Shown piece by piece: positions 30,113 through 40,900 of a stretch of DNA of 64,000 nt; the first letter of the stretch is position 1; every line of letters starts with the position of its first letter. The stretch spans positions 45,977 through 109,976 of the forward strand of contig CBFIBM010000006.1 in assembly GCA_965660855.1 (NCBI GenBank), in the 5' to 3' direction. Both the position numbers and the translations under genes were made by a program. This DNA comes from an uncultured bacterium (GTDB lineage: Bacteria > Fidelibacterota > Marinisomatia > Marinisomatales > UBA1611). The notes beneath the pieces were generated by a model. The model saw only the letters and a program-made list of their open reading frames with translations. It had not been told where the DNA came from and ran no database searches.

Positions 30113-31015
30113 TTGAAATATCTATTCCTATACACATTAGTTTTTAGTTTAATTATTGCTGAAAATAGTCATTATGTTGTTGTTCTAGGAATAGCACAGG
30201 ATGGTGGATATCCTCAAGCTGGCTGCATTAAATCTTGTTGCTCCAGGTTGTGGAATAATGATGATGATAGCCAAATGGTTGCATCAATTGGCTTGGTCTC
30301 AGAATCAAAAAAAAGTTGGATGATTGATGCAACGCCTGACTTCCCTAGACAATATCATATTTTGAAAGAAAAACACCAAACATCCATTAAAGGAATATTC
30401 CTGACACATGCACATATGGGCCATTATTCAGGACTATTAAATCTTGGAAGAGAAGCAATTGGGGAAAAAAGAATGGATACATTTGTTATGTCACGAATGA
30501 AAAGTTTTCTTGAAGAAAATGCTCCTTGGAATCAGCTCATTGAACTAGAAAATATTGTTTTAAAAAAAATTTTCCCTGATAAAGAAATTCAACTTGATAA
30601 AAATTTAATTATTGAGCCAATATTAGTTCCTCATCGAGATGAATTTTCAGAAACAATTGGTTTTAAAATTATGGGTGAAAATAAATCACTTGTTTATGTA
30701 CCCGATATTGATAAATGGAATATTTGGGAAAGGGATATTTTAAAAATTATACTAAATAATGATTATATTTTAATAGATGGAACATTTTTTGATAACAATG
30801 AAATTCCAAATAGAGACATGAATAAAATCCCTCATCCATTCATATCAGAGTCGATTGAATTATTTCTTGATTTAAATCGTTTTAATAGGAACAAAGTGTA
30901 TTTCATTCATTTAAATCATACCAATCCAGCAATTAAACAGAATAGTGCTGCTTACAATAAAGTATTAGAAAAAGGTTTTCATATTTCTAAACAAGACCAG
31001 AGATTTTATTTATGA
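30113..31015 (+). CDS. Exported MBL-fold metallohydrolase (PqqB-like)
   Basis: LG.AQDGG.PQ.GC, LTHAHMGH, VPHRDE, DGTF, HLNHTN. Confidence 0.75.
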   Translation: MKYLFLYTLVFSLIIAENSHYVVVLGIAQDGGYPQAGCIKSCCSRLWNNDDDSQMVASIGLVSESKKSWMIDATPDFPRQYHILKEKHQTSIKGIFLTHAHMGHYSGLLNLGREAIGEKRMDTFVMSRMKSFLEENAPWNQLIELENIVLKKIFPDKEIQLDKNLIIEPILVPHRDEFSETIGFKIMGENKSLVYVPDIDKWNIWERDILKIILNNDYILIDGTFFDNNEIPNRDMNKIPHPFISESIELFLDLNRFNRNKVYFIHLNHTNPAIKQNSAAYNKVLEKGFHISKQDQRFYL

Positions 31016-31770
31016 AGAAAATTTTTATTTCTGGTGCCTCATCTGGAATTGGAAAATCATTAGCTAAATCCTACTCAAAAAAAGGTTATGTCATAGGTTT
31101 GTGTTCTAGGAATATTGAAAAATTGAGATTAGTTAAAACAGAAATTGAAAACCTCGGTGGAAAAATTTTTATATATCAGTTAGATGTTCAGAATTCTGTA
31201 CAGTGTAATATAGTTGCCAAACAATTTATGAAAAATGCCGATGGCGTTGATTATGTGATAGCCAATGCTGGTATAGGTGGAAAAGATGACCTTTTTTCTG
31301 GGAAAAGTGATAATCTAAATAACATATTAAAAACAAATTTATTTGGAGTAACGAATATTTTAATGCCTTTTATACCTACAATGAAAAAACAAAAAAGTGG
31401 TAAATTAATCTGCATTAGCTCTGTAGCAGCATATATTCCCACACCACATCATGGCGGGTATTCAGGTTCTAAAATAGCAATCAAAATGATTATTGATTCT
31501 TGGAGGCCTACTCTTAATAGTTTTAATATTAAGGCCATTACAATTTGTCCAGGTTTTATTGACACTCCTATGGTTAAAGGAGTTGGACGAAGATTTCCAT
31601 TAAAATCATCTGACGAGGCAAGTGAAAAATTTTTAAATATAATTGAAAAAAATCAAGAAACATTCATTTATCCAAGATATTATAAATTGATAATATATTT
31701 TTACAGATTAATACCCAATAGGTTGTACAAACTATTAATTACTAAAATAATTAGTAAGCCAATTTCATAA
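31012..31770 (+). CDS. Short-chain dehydrogenase/reductase
   Basis: GASSGIG, NAG, YSGSK, PGFIDT. Confidence 0.9.
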   Translation: MKKIFISGASSGIGKSLAKSYSKKGYVIGLCSRNIEKLRLVKTEIENLGGKIFIYQLDVQNSVQCNIVAKQFMKNADGVDYVIANAGIGGKDDLFSGKSDNLNNILKTNLFGVTNILMPFIPTMKKQKSGKLICISSVAAYIPTPHHGGYSGSKIAIKMIIDSWRPTLNSFNIKAITICPGFIDTPMVKGVGRRFPLKSSDEASEKFLNIIEKNQETFIYPRYYKLIIYFYRLIPNRLYKLLITKIISKPIS

Positions 31771-31790
31771 ATATTATATAATATTAAGGT

Positions 31791-32354
31791 ATGAAATCAT
31801 TACAAATAAGACAAATAAGTCTATTAAAAATAGAAAATAGATTAGCAAATGTATTTTTAATAATTATTGGTTCTATTTTTATTTCAATACTTGCTCAAAT
31901 TTCTTTTCAAATCCCATTTAGTCCTATCCCAATTACTGGCCAGACGTTGGGAGTTATAATTATAGGTGGTATTTTAGGTTCTAGAAGAGGTGCATTAACT
32001 GTTATGCTTTATCTTTTAGAGGGTGCATCAGGTCTTCCTGTTTTTGCAAATATGAAAGCAGGTTTTCATGTACTAATTGGTCCAACGGCTGGTTACCTTT
32101 GGAGCTTTGTTTTTGCTGCTTATTTCGCTGGTTTACTTGCTGAAAAAGGATTTACCAATAATTTTCTCAATAGTTTTTTGGTTTGCTTATTATCGACAAT
32201 TATAATTTTGTTAATAGGTACAATTTATTTAAGCTTAATCGGATCAAGTTTTGAGAAAGCAATGATTGTAGGGTTTTATCCTTTCATTATTGGCGGTATC
32301 ATAAAATCTATACTTAGCTCGATAATCATATTAAGTTTCAGAAGGCATTCTTAG
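31791..32354 (+). CDS. bioY: Biotin transporter BioY
   Basis: P.TGQT, YL..G..GLPVFA, GPT.GYL. Confidence 0.9.
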   Translation: MKSLQIRQISLLKIENRLANVFLIIIGSIFISILAQISFQIPFSPIPITGQTLGVIIIGGILGSRRGALTVMLYLLEGASGLPVFANMKAGFHVLIGPTAGYLWSFVFAAYFAGLLAEKGFTNNFLNSFLVCLLSTIIILLIGTIYLSLIGSSFEKAMIVGFYPFIIGGIIKSILSSIIILSFRRHS

Positions 32355-32638
32355 TTTATAGTTTCTAAATTTTTAGCCATCGTAATACATTTGTTTGTTA
32401 CACCGCCCTCATCATGAGATGTAATTGAAACTGTAATTTTACAATAGCCTAAATTAATATCAGGGTGATGATTAGAAGTTTCTGCTATAATAGCTAAATC
32501 ATTAATGAATTGAATACCATCCATATATTTATCAAAAGTATATTCTTTGGTGATCATATTATTTTTAAATATCCAACCATTAAGTTCAGATAAACTTTTA
32601 TTTATTTTTGAAATTTCTAAAATCATTTTTTGAATCAA
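32351..32638 (-). CDS. phhB: Pterin-4-alpha-carbinolamine dehydratase
   Basis: AE..NHHPDI, SHD.GGVT. Confidence 0.88.
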   Translation of the reverse strand: MIQKMILEISKINKSLSELNGWIFKNNMITKEYTFDKYMDGIQFINDLAIIAETSNHHPDINLGYCKITVSITSHDEGGVTNKCITMAKNLETIN

Positions 32639-34026
32639 GCTCCATATTTTATGTTAATTTTTTTTAGTTCAAACCTCACCCAATTAATAGCAATGGCAAA
32701 TGAAGCAGTGGCTGATAACATTAATGCGTACCAGTTCCATTCAACGGGTTTATTTAAAACCATACTAAAATAATAAGCAAGAGGAGCGCCAAGACCTAAA
32801 ACTCTTATCGTTGTAATTACCAAAACTGGTAAGCCTTTTCCAAGTCCTTGCATAACTCTGCCAGATGTAATCGCAATTGCAACTAGTGGGTAAATGAAAC
32901 ATAATAATTTTAAAAAGCCTACAGATATCTCTATGATTTCAGGATCATCAGTAAACCATCTTGAAAAGATGTCCGCAAAAAAATATACGAAAGTTGACGA
33001 AATCAATGTCACCAGAAATGCACTTTGAATTCCATATTTAACAATATAGTTCAATTCTACGAACTTCTTAGCTCCGTAAAACATTCCTACAAGAGTCGTC
33101 ATTGCACCTGCTATTGCAAAAATTGGCAAGAAGATTAACATATCTAACCTACCAGCAACTTGATACGCTGCAACTGTTTGAGGTGAATAATGTATCAATA
33201 TTTTATTAAATACACCTTGACCTATAGCCATTATAATCATTGAAAGGGAAGCCGGTAGACCAACTCTTATTATGCCCATAAAAATCTGATTTGAAACCCT
33301 AAAATTTTTGAAATTAAAAGATATATATGCATGTTTTTTAATAAATAACATATATGTAAAAATTATAAATACAGTAAGTTGGGAAATGACAGTTGCTAGT
33401 GCTGCTCCTTTTACGCCAAGACCAAGACCTAAATTCCAATAATTATCTAGATCAAAAATAAAGATTGGGTCAAGTATTATATTTAAAATTGTTCCTAGCC
33501 CAGCTATCATCATTGGAAATTTCATGTCACCTTCTCCTGCAAGGATAGATCTAAAAAAACCTGAAAAAACCATAAATGGAAGTCCAATAACAATTGAAGA
33601 AAGATATTCGTAACCTAATGATAAAATCTCCCCTTCAGCTCCAAGAATAATTAAAATACTCTCACCATAAATAATACCAGCTATTGTGAAAATAAATGAT
33701 ATTACTCCAGCAATTAATATTGCATGACTGGCACTTCTATCAGCATTAAATTTATTTTTTTCCCCAATAGATCTTGCAATCGATGCTGTAACACCAGAGC
33801 CCAGCCCCATAGTTAGTCCAAGCATCAAAAAAAAGATAGGCATATTAAAAGCAACTCCTGCGATTGCATTGCCTCCAAGCTGACCTATGAAAATCATATC
33901 GATTAAGTTATATAAAGTATGAATTCCCATGCCAAACATTATTGGAACAGCTAATGTCCATAATGCTTTTGAAGGGTTTTTAAGAAAAGATTCTATTCTT
34001 GATTCTGAATTAGTGGATTGATCCAT
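32635..34026 (-). CDS. MATE family efflux transporter
   Basis: LA.P, YNL.D..F.G.LG, NIILDP.FI, GV.GAALAT; multi-TM. Confidence 0.92.
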   Translation of the reverse strand: MDQSTNSESRIESFLKNPSKALWTLAVPIMFGMGIHTLYNLIDMIFIGQLGGNAIAGVAFNMPIFFLMLGLTMGLGSGVTASIARSIGEKNKFNADRSASHAILIAGVISFIFTIAGIIYGESILIILGAEGEILSLGYEYLSSIVIGLPFMVFSGFFRSILAGEGDMKFPMMIAGLGTILNIILDPIFIFDLDNYWNLGLGLGVKGAALATVISQLTVFIIFTYMLFIKKHAYISFNFKNFRVSNQIFMGIIRVGLPASLSMIIMAIGQGVFNKILIHYSPQTVAAYQVAGRLDMLIFLPIFAIAGAMTTLVGMFYGAKKFVELNYIVKYGIQSAFLVTLISSTFVYFFADIFSRWFTDDPEIIEISVGFLKLLCFIYPLVAIAITSGRVMQGLGKGLPVLVITTIRVLGLGAPLAYYFSMVLNKPVEWNWYALMLSATASFAIAINWVRFELKKINIKYGA

Positions 34027-34118
34027 AGATCTTAATTTACGAGTATAATTATTATTTCTTTTAATTAATAAAAAGAATTCAAACTACTATTTGATAATTA
34101 AAATTATCAGTTAAAATT

Positions 34119-35918
34119 TTAAATTGGCCAAATTATTGGAAGGATAAAAATAGCCATTATCCAAAAAATAAAAGCTAATGGAAAACCAACTTTTATATAG
34201 TCACTAAACTTATAACCCCCTGGTCCATATACCATTAAGTTTGTTTGGTAACCAACGGGAGTAATAAATGATGCAGATGCAGCAAATGCAACAGCAAATA
34301 TAAATGCACGAGGATTCATATCCATTTGAGAAGTTACTGCAATCGCAATTGGGGTCATAATAATGGCCGTTGCTGCATTAGATGAAACCTCAGTTAATAT
34401 GACAGTTAATAAATAAATTAAAGCCAATAAGACTCTTGGTTGCCACTCTTCAGGAGTTGATTCCACTATCGAAGTAATTAAACCTGCAATCCACATATCT
34501 GTTCCAGTATTTTTAATAGCAATACCTACTGGGATTAGAGCAGAAATTAAAACTATAACTTGCCAATTTATTGCTTGATAACTTTCTTGTGGAGTGATGA
34601 TTCTTAAAATGAGTAAAACCATTACGCCTAGCATTGCACTTTTAACAATTGGCATAAAACCTAAAGCTGCAAACGCTATTGTCATAAAAATTACTACTAT
34701 GGTCATCCACCAAAATCTCTGCTTTTTCAACTCAGCATTCATCTCTCCTAAGACTATAAAATCACCATTCTTATTTAGCTGATTAATTTTATTTTCAGGA
34801 CCATAAACTAGAAGTGTATCATATGCATGTAGAAGAACGTGGGCAATCTTCTTTCTAAAAATAGTACCCTCTCTCCTTATTGCTAAAATGAATGAACCAA
34901 AACGCCTTCTAAAATTTCCTGCCATTAAACTTTTCCCAACGAGATCTGATTTATCAGTAATCAAACATTCTAATAGAACATTATCATCTTTTTCAAGTTC
35001 TTCTTGAGTTAATTTAACATCTGTTAACAAAGCAACTTTTTCAACTTCTTTCATTCTTAAAAAGTTATCCAATGTACCTCTTACAAATAAAATATCATTT
35101 TCTTTTAATCGAGTTAACCTTATACTATTCGTTATCAATTTATCCTCTCGCAAAATATCTAAAACCATTACATCATAGTTTTTATTTATTCCTCTATCTA
35201 AACATGTTTTACCAACTAGTGGTGATTCAGATGTCAGTTTCATTTCTGTAAGATAACCACCTAAATGATAACTTTTGGTTAAACTTGATGTTGTGGTTCT
35301 GGAGGGTAGAATTAGTGGAGCAATAAATAGAATATATAATAATCCCACAATCATCAAAATAATACCATATTTAAAGAATTCAAACATTCCCAGTGGAACA
35401 GCTTCAGGGTAATTCATAAATATTGAATTCACAAGGAGGTTTGTTGATGTACCAACTAAAGTTAGCGTTCCTCCTAGAATGGATGCGTAACTTAAAGGTA
35501 TCAACATTTTTGAGGGACTAAGTTTATATTTTTGTGCTAACCTTATTGTCACGGGCATGAACATCGCAACAATTGCAGTATTATTTACTACCGCCGATGC
35601 TAGTCCAATTGTAAACAAATAAACTGTACGACCTAATATCATTGATTTATCAGCCAATCTTCGAACTCTAATAATTAAATATTCTAAAATTCTTGTTTTT
35701 TCTAAAGCTTTACTCAAAATAAACAAAAATGCTATAGTTATCACCGCAGGGTTTGAAAAGCCTGAAAGAGCGTCTTGCGGAGTTAGACCTCCAACACCAG
35801 AAACAAAAAGAACAGTAAGTAGAATCATTGCAGTTATATCAATTGAAAATAATTCAATAACAAATAATATAAAGCCTAAAGTGATGAGGCTAATAACAAA
35901 TACAATTTCAGGAGTCAT
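34119..35918 (-). CDS. SLC13/CitMHS-like permease with TrkA-C domains
   Basis: NNT..VA, LIPLSY, GTSTNL, SNAAT, TP.GYQTN.MVYGPG.Y.F.D. Confidence 0.9.
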   Translation of the reverse strand: MTPEIVFVISLITLGFILFVIELFSIDITAMILLTVLFVSGVGGLTPQDALSGFSNPAVITIAFLFILSKALEKTRILEYLIIRVRRLADKSMILGRTVYLFTIGLASAVVNNTAIVAMFMPVTIRLAQKYKLSPSKMLIPLSYASILGGTLTLVGTSTNLLVNSIFMNYPEAVPLGMFEFFKYGIILMIVGLLYILFIAPLILPSRTTTSSLTKSYHLGGYLTEMKLTSESPLVGKTCLDRGINKNYDVMVLDILREDKLITNSIRLTRLKENDILFVRGTLDNFLRMKEVEKVALLTDVKLTQEELEKDDNVLLECLITDKSDLVGKSLMAGNFRRRFGSFILAIRREGTIFRKKIAHVLLHAYDTLLVYGPENKINQLNKNGDFIVLGEMNAELKKQRFWWMTIVVIFMTIAFAALGFMPIVKSAMLGVMVLLILRIITPQESYQAINWQVIVLISALIPVGIAIKNTGTDMWIAGLITSIVESTPEEWQPRVLLALIYLLTVILTEVSSNAATAIIMTPIAIAVTSQMDMNPRAFIFAVAFAASASFITPVGYQTNLMVYGPGGYKFSDYIKVGFPLAFIFWIMAIFILPIIWPI

Positions 35919-35946
35919 AATGTAAATATAATTAGTTTATTTAATA

Positions 35947-36267
35947 TTAGCTAAATGGATGAGAGCCATAAAAAGAATTTTTACCTTCTTTCTTGATTTT
36001 TGAGTCTTTTTTATTTCTAATTTCTTTATCACCAATAATTGAAGAAATAATTGTTTCTATAATGATAGGACGCTTTATATTGTTTAAAACAGCCATCACA
36101 AAAATTGGATATTCAGGTTCTGGAATAATTTTTTCCCAATCATTGAATAATGTGGTATTATCCAAGAATGCATCAATATCTTTTTCTTTTTTAAGGTGCA
36201 TTGAAACCTCTTCAAATAACTTCAAAAGGTGTAACTCTAATTCAATTTTAGTCAAATTTTTCAACAT
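35947..36267 (-). CDS. Hypothetical protein
   Basis: 106-aa ORF co-oriented with and 5 nt downstream of the HD-GYP gene. Confidence 0.6.
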   Translation of the reverse strand: MLKNLTKIELELHLLKLFEEVSMHLKKEKDIDAFLDNTTLFNDWEKIIPEPEYPIFVMAVLNNIKRPIIIETIISSIIGDKEIRNKKDSKIKKEGKNSFYGSHPFS

Positions 36268-36272
36268 TTTAA

Positions 36273-37877
36273 TTAAATCCCTTTTAAGCTTTTTTCATCA
36301 ACTTTATCAATTTGATTAGAAGCAACATATTTCTTAGCGTAGTGTTTATAGGTGCCAGACGAAACAAAAATTTCAAATAGATCTTTGTCAATGTGATAGT
36401 CGTCTTTCATAAATCCCATAATTCTCATAGCATCAGATAATTTTTTACCTTCTTTATAAGGCCTATCAGCTGCAGTTAATGCTTCGTATATATCCGCTAT
36501 CGCCATTATTTTAGCCTGAGTAGACATTTGATTTTCATTTAATCCTTTAGGATATCCTGTACCATCCATTTTTTCATGATGCCCACCTGCAAACTCAGGA
36601 ACATTTTTTAGATTATTAGGATATGGTAATTGTTCTAACATTTCAATTGTTATTACAATATGATCATTAATAATCTCTCTCTCTTCTGGTAATAAAGTTC
36701 CCTTCTTAATATTTAGATTTCTAATTTCTTCATCTGTTAAAAGATTTTTTTCAATGCCGTTCATGATAACTTTTTTTAACCCAATAATCTGAACACGTTC
36801 TTGATCTTCAGGTTTCATAAATTCACCACCTATATTACACTCTGATAAAAATTTTATATCTTGATCTATTTCACGAATTTCTTTTTCGTAATCTAATTTA
36901 TTAAAGTCAGCTATATCTCCATCTATTTGACTTTTTAAAAACTTAATTTCCAAATCTTTTTTTAATAATTCAGCTCTTGTTTTTATTAATTCTATACGAT
37001 CAAATATTGTTTCAAGCTTTGTGCTTTTATCAACAATATGTGGAGGAGTAGCAACCTTACCGCAATCATGTAACCATGCAGCTATGTATAATTCATATCG
37101 CTCATCTTCCGTCATAGTGAAATCTTTATATTTCCCATTTTTTATCTTAGCGACAGCGTCAGCAAGCATCATCGTTATAATGGGTACTCTTTCGCAATGA
37201 CCTCCTGTGTATTCAGATTTTTTATCTATTGCTGTTGCAATTAATTTTATAAATGCTTCGAAAAGAGTTTTTAATTCTTCAACTAATCTTTTATTCGTCA
37301 ATGCTACTGCGCCTTGGGATGCTAAAGATTCAATCTGTTCCTGCATTTCATTATTAAAAGAGATAACATCACCATGTTCATTTCGAGCATTAATTAGCTG
37401 CATTACACCAATTATCTCATTTTCATGATTTTTTAATGGTACGGTTAAAAAAGATTTAGATCGATAGCCTGATTTCTTATCAAAGTTTTTTGTTCCTTCA
37501 AAGTCAAAGCCATCTTCTTTATAAGCATCTTTTATATTCACAGTTTTACCTGTCAGAGCTACATAAGCCGAAACATTTTTTTGATTTGGGGTTTTACTAT
37601 CCAACCATAAATGCACTGGGTAATATGGTATTTCAACGTCCGAAGTCCCACCCATAACGGTGTTCATAGTATCATTACATAAAATTTCAAAATCTAAATC
37701 ACCTTTATCATTCATCGAGTATAACGTTCTACCATCAGCTTTGGTGATATTTTTTGCTTCATCTAATATCATCTCGAATAATCGATCTGTATTTTTCTCA
37801 GTTGAAAGAGCCATTCCTATTTCGCTTAGTCTGTGCAAGCGATCTTCTAAAAACTTAATTCTATTTAAAGCGTCCAT
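36273..37877 (-). CDS. GAF + HD-GYP cyclic-dinucleotide phosphodiesterase
   Basis: GAF (D...GYRSKS.L.VPL..GV.QLIN); GHC.RV, LHDCGK, HHEKMDGTGYP. Confidence 0.88.
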   Translation of the reverse strand: MDALNRIKFLEDRLHRLSEIGMALSTEKNTDRLFEMILDEAKNITKADGRTLYSMNDKGDLDFEILCNDTMNTVMGGTSDVEIPYYPVHLWLDSKTPNQKNVSAYVALTGKTVNIKDAYKEDGFDFEGTKNFDKKSGYRSKSFLTVPLKNHENEIIGVMQLINARNEHGDVISFNNEMQEQIESLASQGAVALTNKRLVEELKTLFEAFIKLIATAIDKKSEYTGGHCERVPIITMMLADAVAKIKNGKYKDFTMTEDERYELYIAAWLHDCGKVATPPHIVDKSTKLETIFDRIELIKTRAELLKKDLEIKFLKSQIDGDIADFNKLDYEKEIREIDQDIKFLSECNIGGEFMKPEDQERVQIIGLKKVIMNGIEKNLLTDEEIRNLNIKKGTLLPEEREIINDHIVITIEMLEQLPYPNNLKNVPEFAGGHHEKMDGTGYPKGLNENQMSTQAKIMAIADIYEALTAADRPYKEGKKLSDAMRIMGFMKDDYHIDKDLFEIFVSSGTYKHYAKKYVASNQIDKVDEKSLKGI

Positions 37878-37980
37878 AATTCATATTTTTTAATATTTTG
37901 GTGTTTAACAGATAATAATATCAGATATTTTATCTACAATAAGAAATTAATTAATTAATTATTATCAACTAATTTACAAT

Positions 37981-40900
37981 ATGGAAAGTAACCTAAGTCA
38001 TCGTATAAATGATGCTTTTAAATTAGCTATAAAAGATAAGATTGAACAAAATTTATTATTTGAATTAGCTAATGATTGTATAGCCAATCAATCTGATCAA
38101 GAAAGTTCTCATAAATTCTTAGAATTAGCTCACCTCTCAAACGTAAGTAATCTTATCAATGAAAGGAATAAAACCGAAGAATGGTTTGATATTATTCATA
38201 AAATAATAGTCTTCTCTAATTTCCATTTTGGATTTCTTCTTAGACAGAGATCTATAAAATATAAAAATAAAATTGCACTTAACCTCATTAAAGAAAATAA
38301 GGTTGTCAACATCTCTTATGAGCAATTGTGGATGAAAGTTATTGAAGTTGAAAAAGCTATAAGGAGTATGAAAAATAATAGAAATAATATAGGAATACTT
38401 TCTAGTAATAATTTAAATGGTGTTTTAGTTGATTTTTCTTGTCTTTCATTTAATCATAAAGTGATACCTATTCCGGTGAACTCAACTCCTGAACATATTT
38501 TATATATTATAGATCATTCTGAAATTGATATCATTTTTATAAGCGGAGATAATGCAGTACAATTCTTAAATAATTATGAAATAAAAAAGGATATTAAGAT
38601 CGTTTATCTTGATGAGAATTATTACACTCAAAATAAACTAGCTGCTCTATCCTGGGATGCATTTATTCAAAAAGGTGACCTTTTACAAAACTTTGATATA
38701 AATAAAAGTTTAAATCAATCTGAAATGGGCTCTGTTGCGACTATTATGTATACATCCGGGACTACTGATAATCCGAAAGGAATTATATTTAATCATACAA
38801 ATTTAATTACAAAGCGCTTTGCTCGTGCTTTCGCACTTCCAAATATTAATTCAGAAGATATATTTTTATGCTATCTACCTCTGTTCCATACTTTTGGAAG
38901 ATTTTTTGAATTGATGGGCAGTATATTTTGGGGCGCAACCTATTCTTTTGCACAATCACCAGCATTCAATACTTTATTAAAAGATTTTAAAATTATCAAA
39001 CCCTCCATTTTTATTAGTATACCTAAAAGATGGGTCCAGCTTTATGAATTGATCCAAACCAAAGTAGATATTGATATAAGTGACGATAAAGAGATTTACA
39101 AAGAATTAACCAAAATTACAGGAGGTCAATTACGATTAGGCTTATCAGCGGCAGGTTATTTAGATCCAGAAATTTTTAATTTTTTCCAAAATAATAAAAT
39201 TAACCTTTTAAGCGGGTACGGAATGACTGAGGCTACGGGTGGTATTACGATGACTCCAGAAAACGATTACAAAGAAAACTCTGTAGGAAAAGCTCTTCCT
39301 GGAGTTCAGCTGAGATTAGAAAAAGATGGGGAGCTGTGTATAAAAGGTCCGTATGTATCATCAGGGTATTATAAGGATAATAATTCTACTTTATTCAAAG
39401 ATGGCTGGTTTCATACACAAGATATTTTTTATGAGAAACTTAAACATTACTTCATTGTTGATAGAAAAAAAGATATTTATAAAAATTCTAGAGGACAGAC
39501 TGTTGCTCCTCAAAAGATAGAAAATCTCTTCCAAGATTTTGAATATATACAATCAGTTTTTCTTGTTGGCGATGGAAAGGAATATAATACTTTATTAATC
39601 TATCCAAATTACAATCATGAATCTCACAATTTAAAAAATTTAAATTCTCAAAAAATTCGCAATTTATTTAGCTCAATGATTTTGTCCGTAAATAGTTTCC
39701 TTTCCCCATATGAAAGAATAGTCAATTATGTAGTCATTAATAGAGATTTTTCCAATGAATTAGATGAGTTGACATCAAAAAATACCTTTAAAAGAAAAAA
39801 TATTTTACAAAACTTTAAAGAAATAATATCTCCTCTTTACGAAAAAAATTATACATCGTTATACTATAATACTAAAGAATTACGAGTCCCAAATTGGCTT
39901 TTAAGAGAAATCGGATTTATTAAAACAAATCTTAATTGGGATGGTGTGTATTTATCTATTGAAGGACAGAATAAAAAATTAATAATAAGATGGAATAATA
40001 GATCTATTCAAATAGGGGATTTCTTCTATGAAAATGAAATAGATATATTAGATATTGGAAGGTTCATTCAAGAACCAAACCTGTGGCTGGGAAATTTTCA
40101 ATTTAGTGATTTTACTGGAAATTCAATTTTTCGTCTCAAACAATCCAAAAATTATAAAGAATTGAATTCAATAGACATTATAACGGGAACTTCATTTGGA
40201 AAAGTTGAAATTGATAGAAAAAATAATGATAAACTCTACCAGTTACATGCAATTATTAGAAAATTTATTAATGATGATTCTAGTGTTTTTGATGATTTAA
40301 AAAAACTTATAGATGTAGGACTTGGTACATGGGATGGAGTCGCTTTAAAAACATTTTTACGCTATCAAAAACATTCAAATCCATATTTTAGAATAAAATT
40401 TTTAGAATCGATTGCTCCTATACTTAGTGGTGATATTCTAATTAGATCATTAAATGATTCATATGAATATCAAAAATCTATCGACTCAACAAAAGGCTTT
40501 TCATTTGATATTAAAAGGACAAGTGAAGAACACTATCAATCCTTCATAAAGTATTTAAATAAATCAATTATTTCAATATCAAAAAAAAATGAAGTTGAAA
40601 AAGATTTTATTAAAATTATTCTTTTAATGGTTGCTGATTTTGGAATATCACACCCTACCAAATTTGTATGGGCAAGATCTGAACTTATTAATTGGCACCT
40701 ACAATCAATTCCAAAACCAATATATTCAACTGCTCAAAAGGCATATTATTCTCTAATTAATGGATTTAGATCTTGGATAGGAACATCATCATCAATAACT
40801 GTAGACTTTGAAACTGGAAATGAATATGGCTGGAAAGATGTCATTCAATTTGATGATAATGTGAGAACTGATAAAAAAATAAAAATATTAAAAATATTTG

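Noticed and set aside
30113..31015. PQQ biosynthesis locus
   Set aside because: Only a PqqB-like MBL fold with a signal peptide; no pqqA/C/D/E nearby
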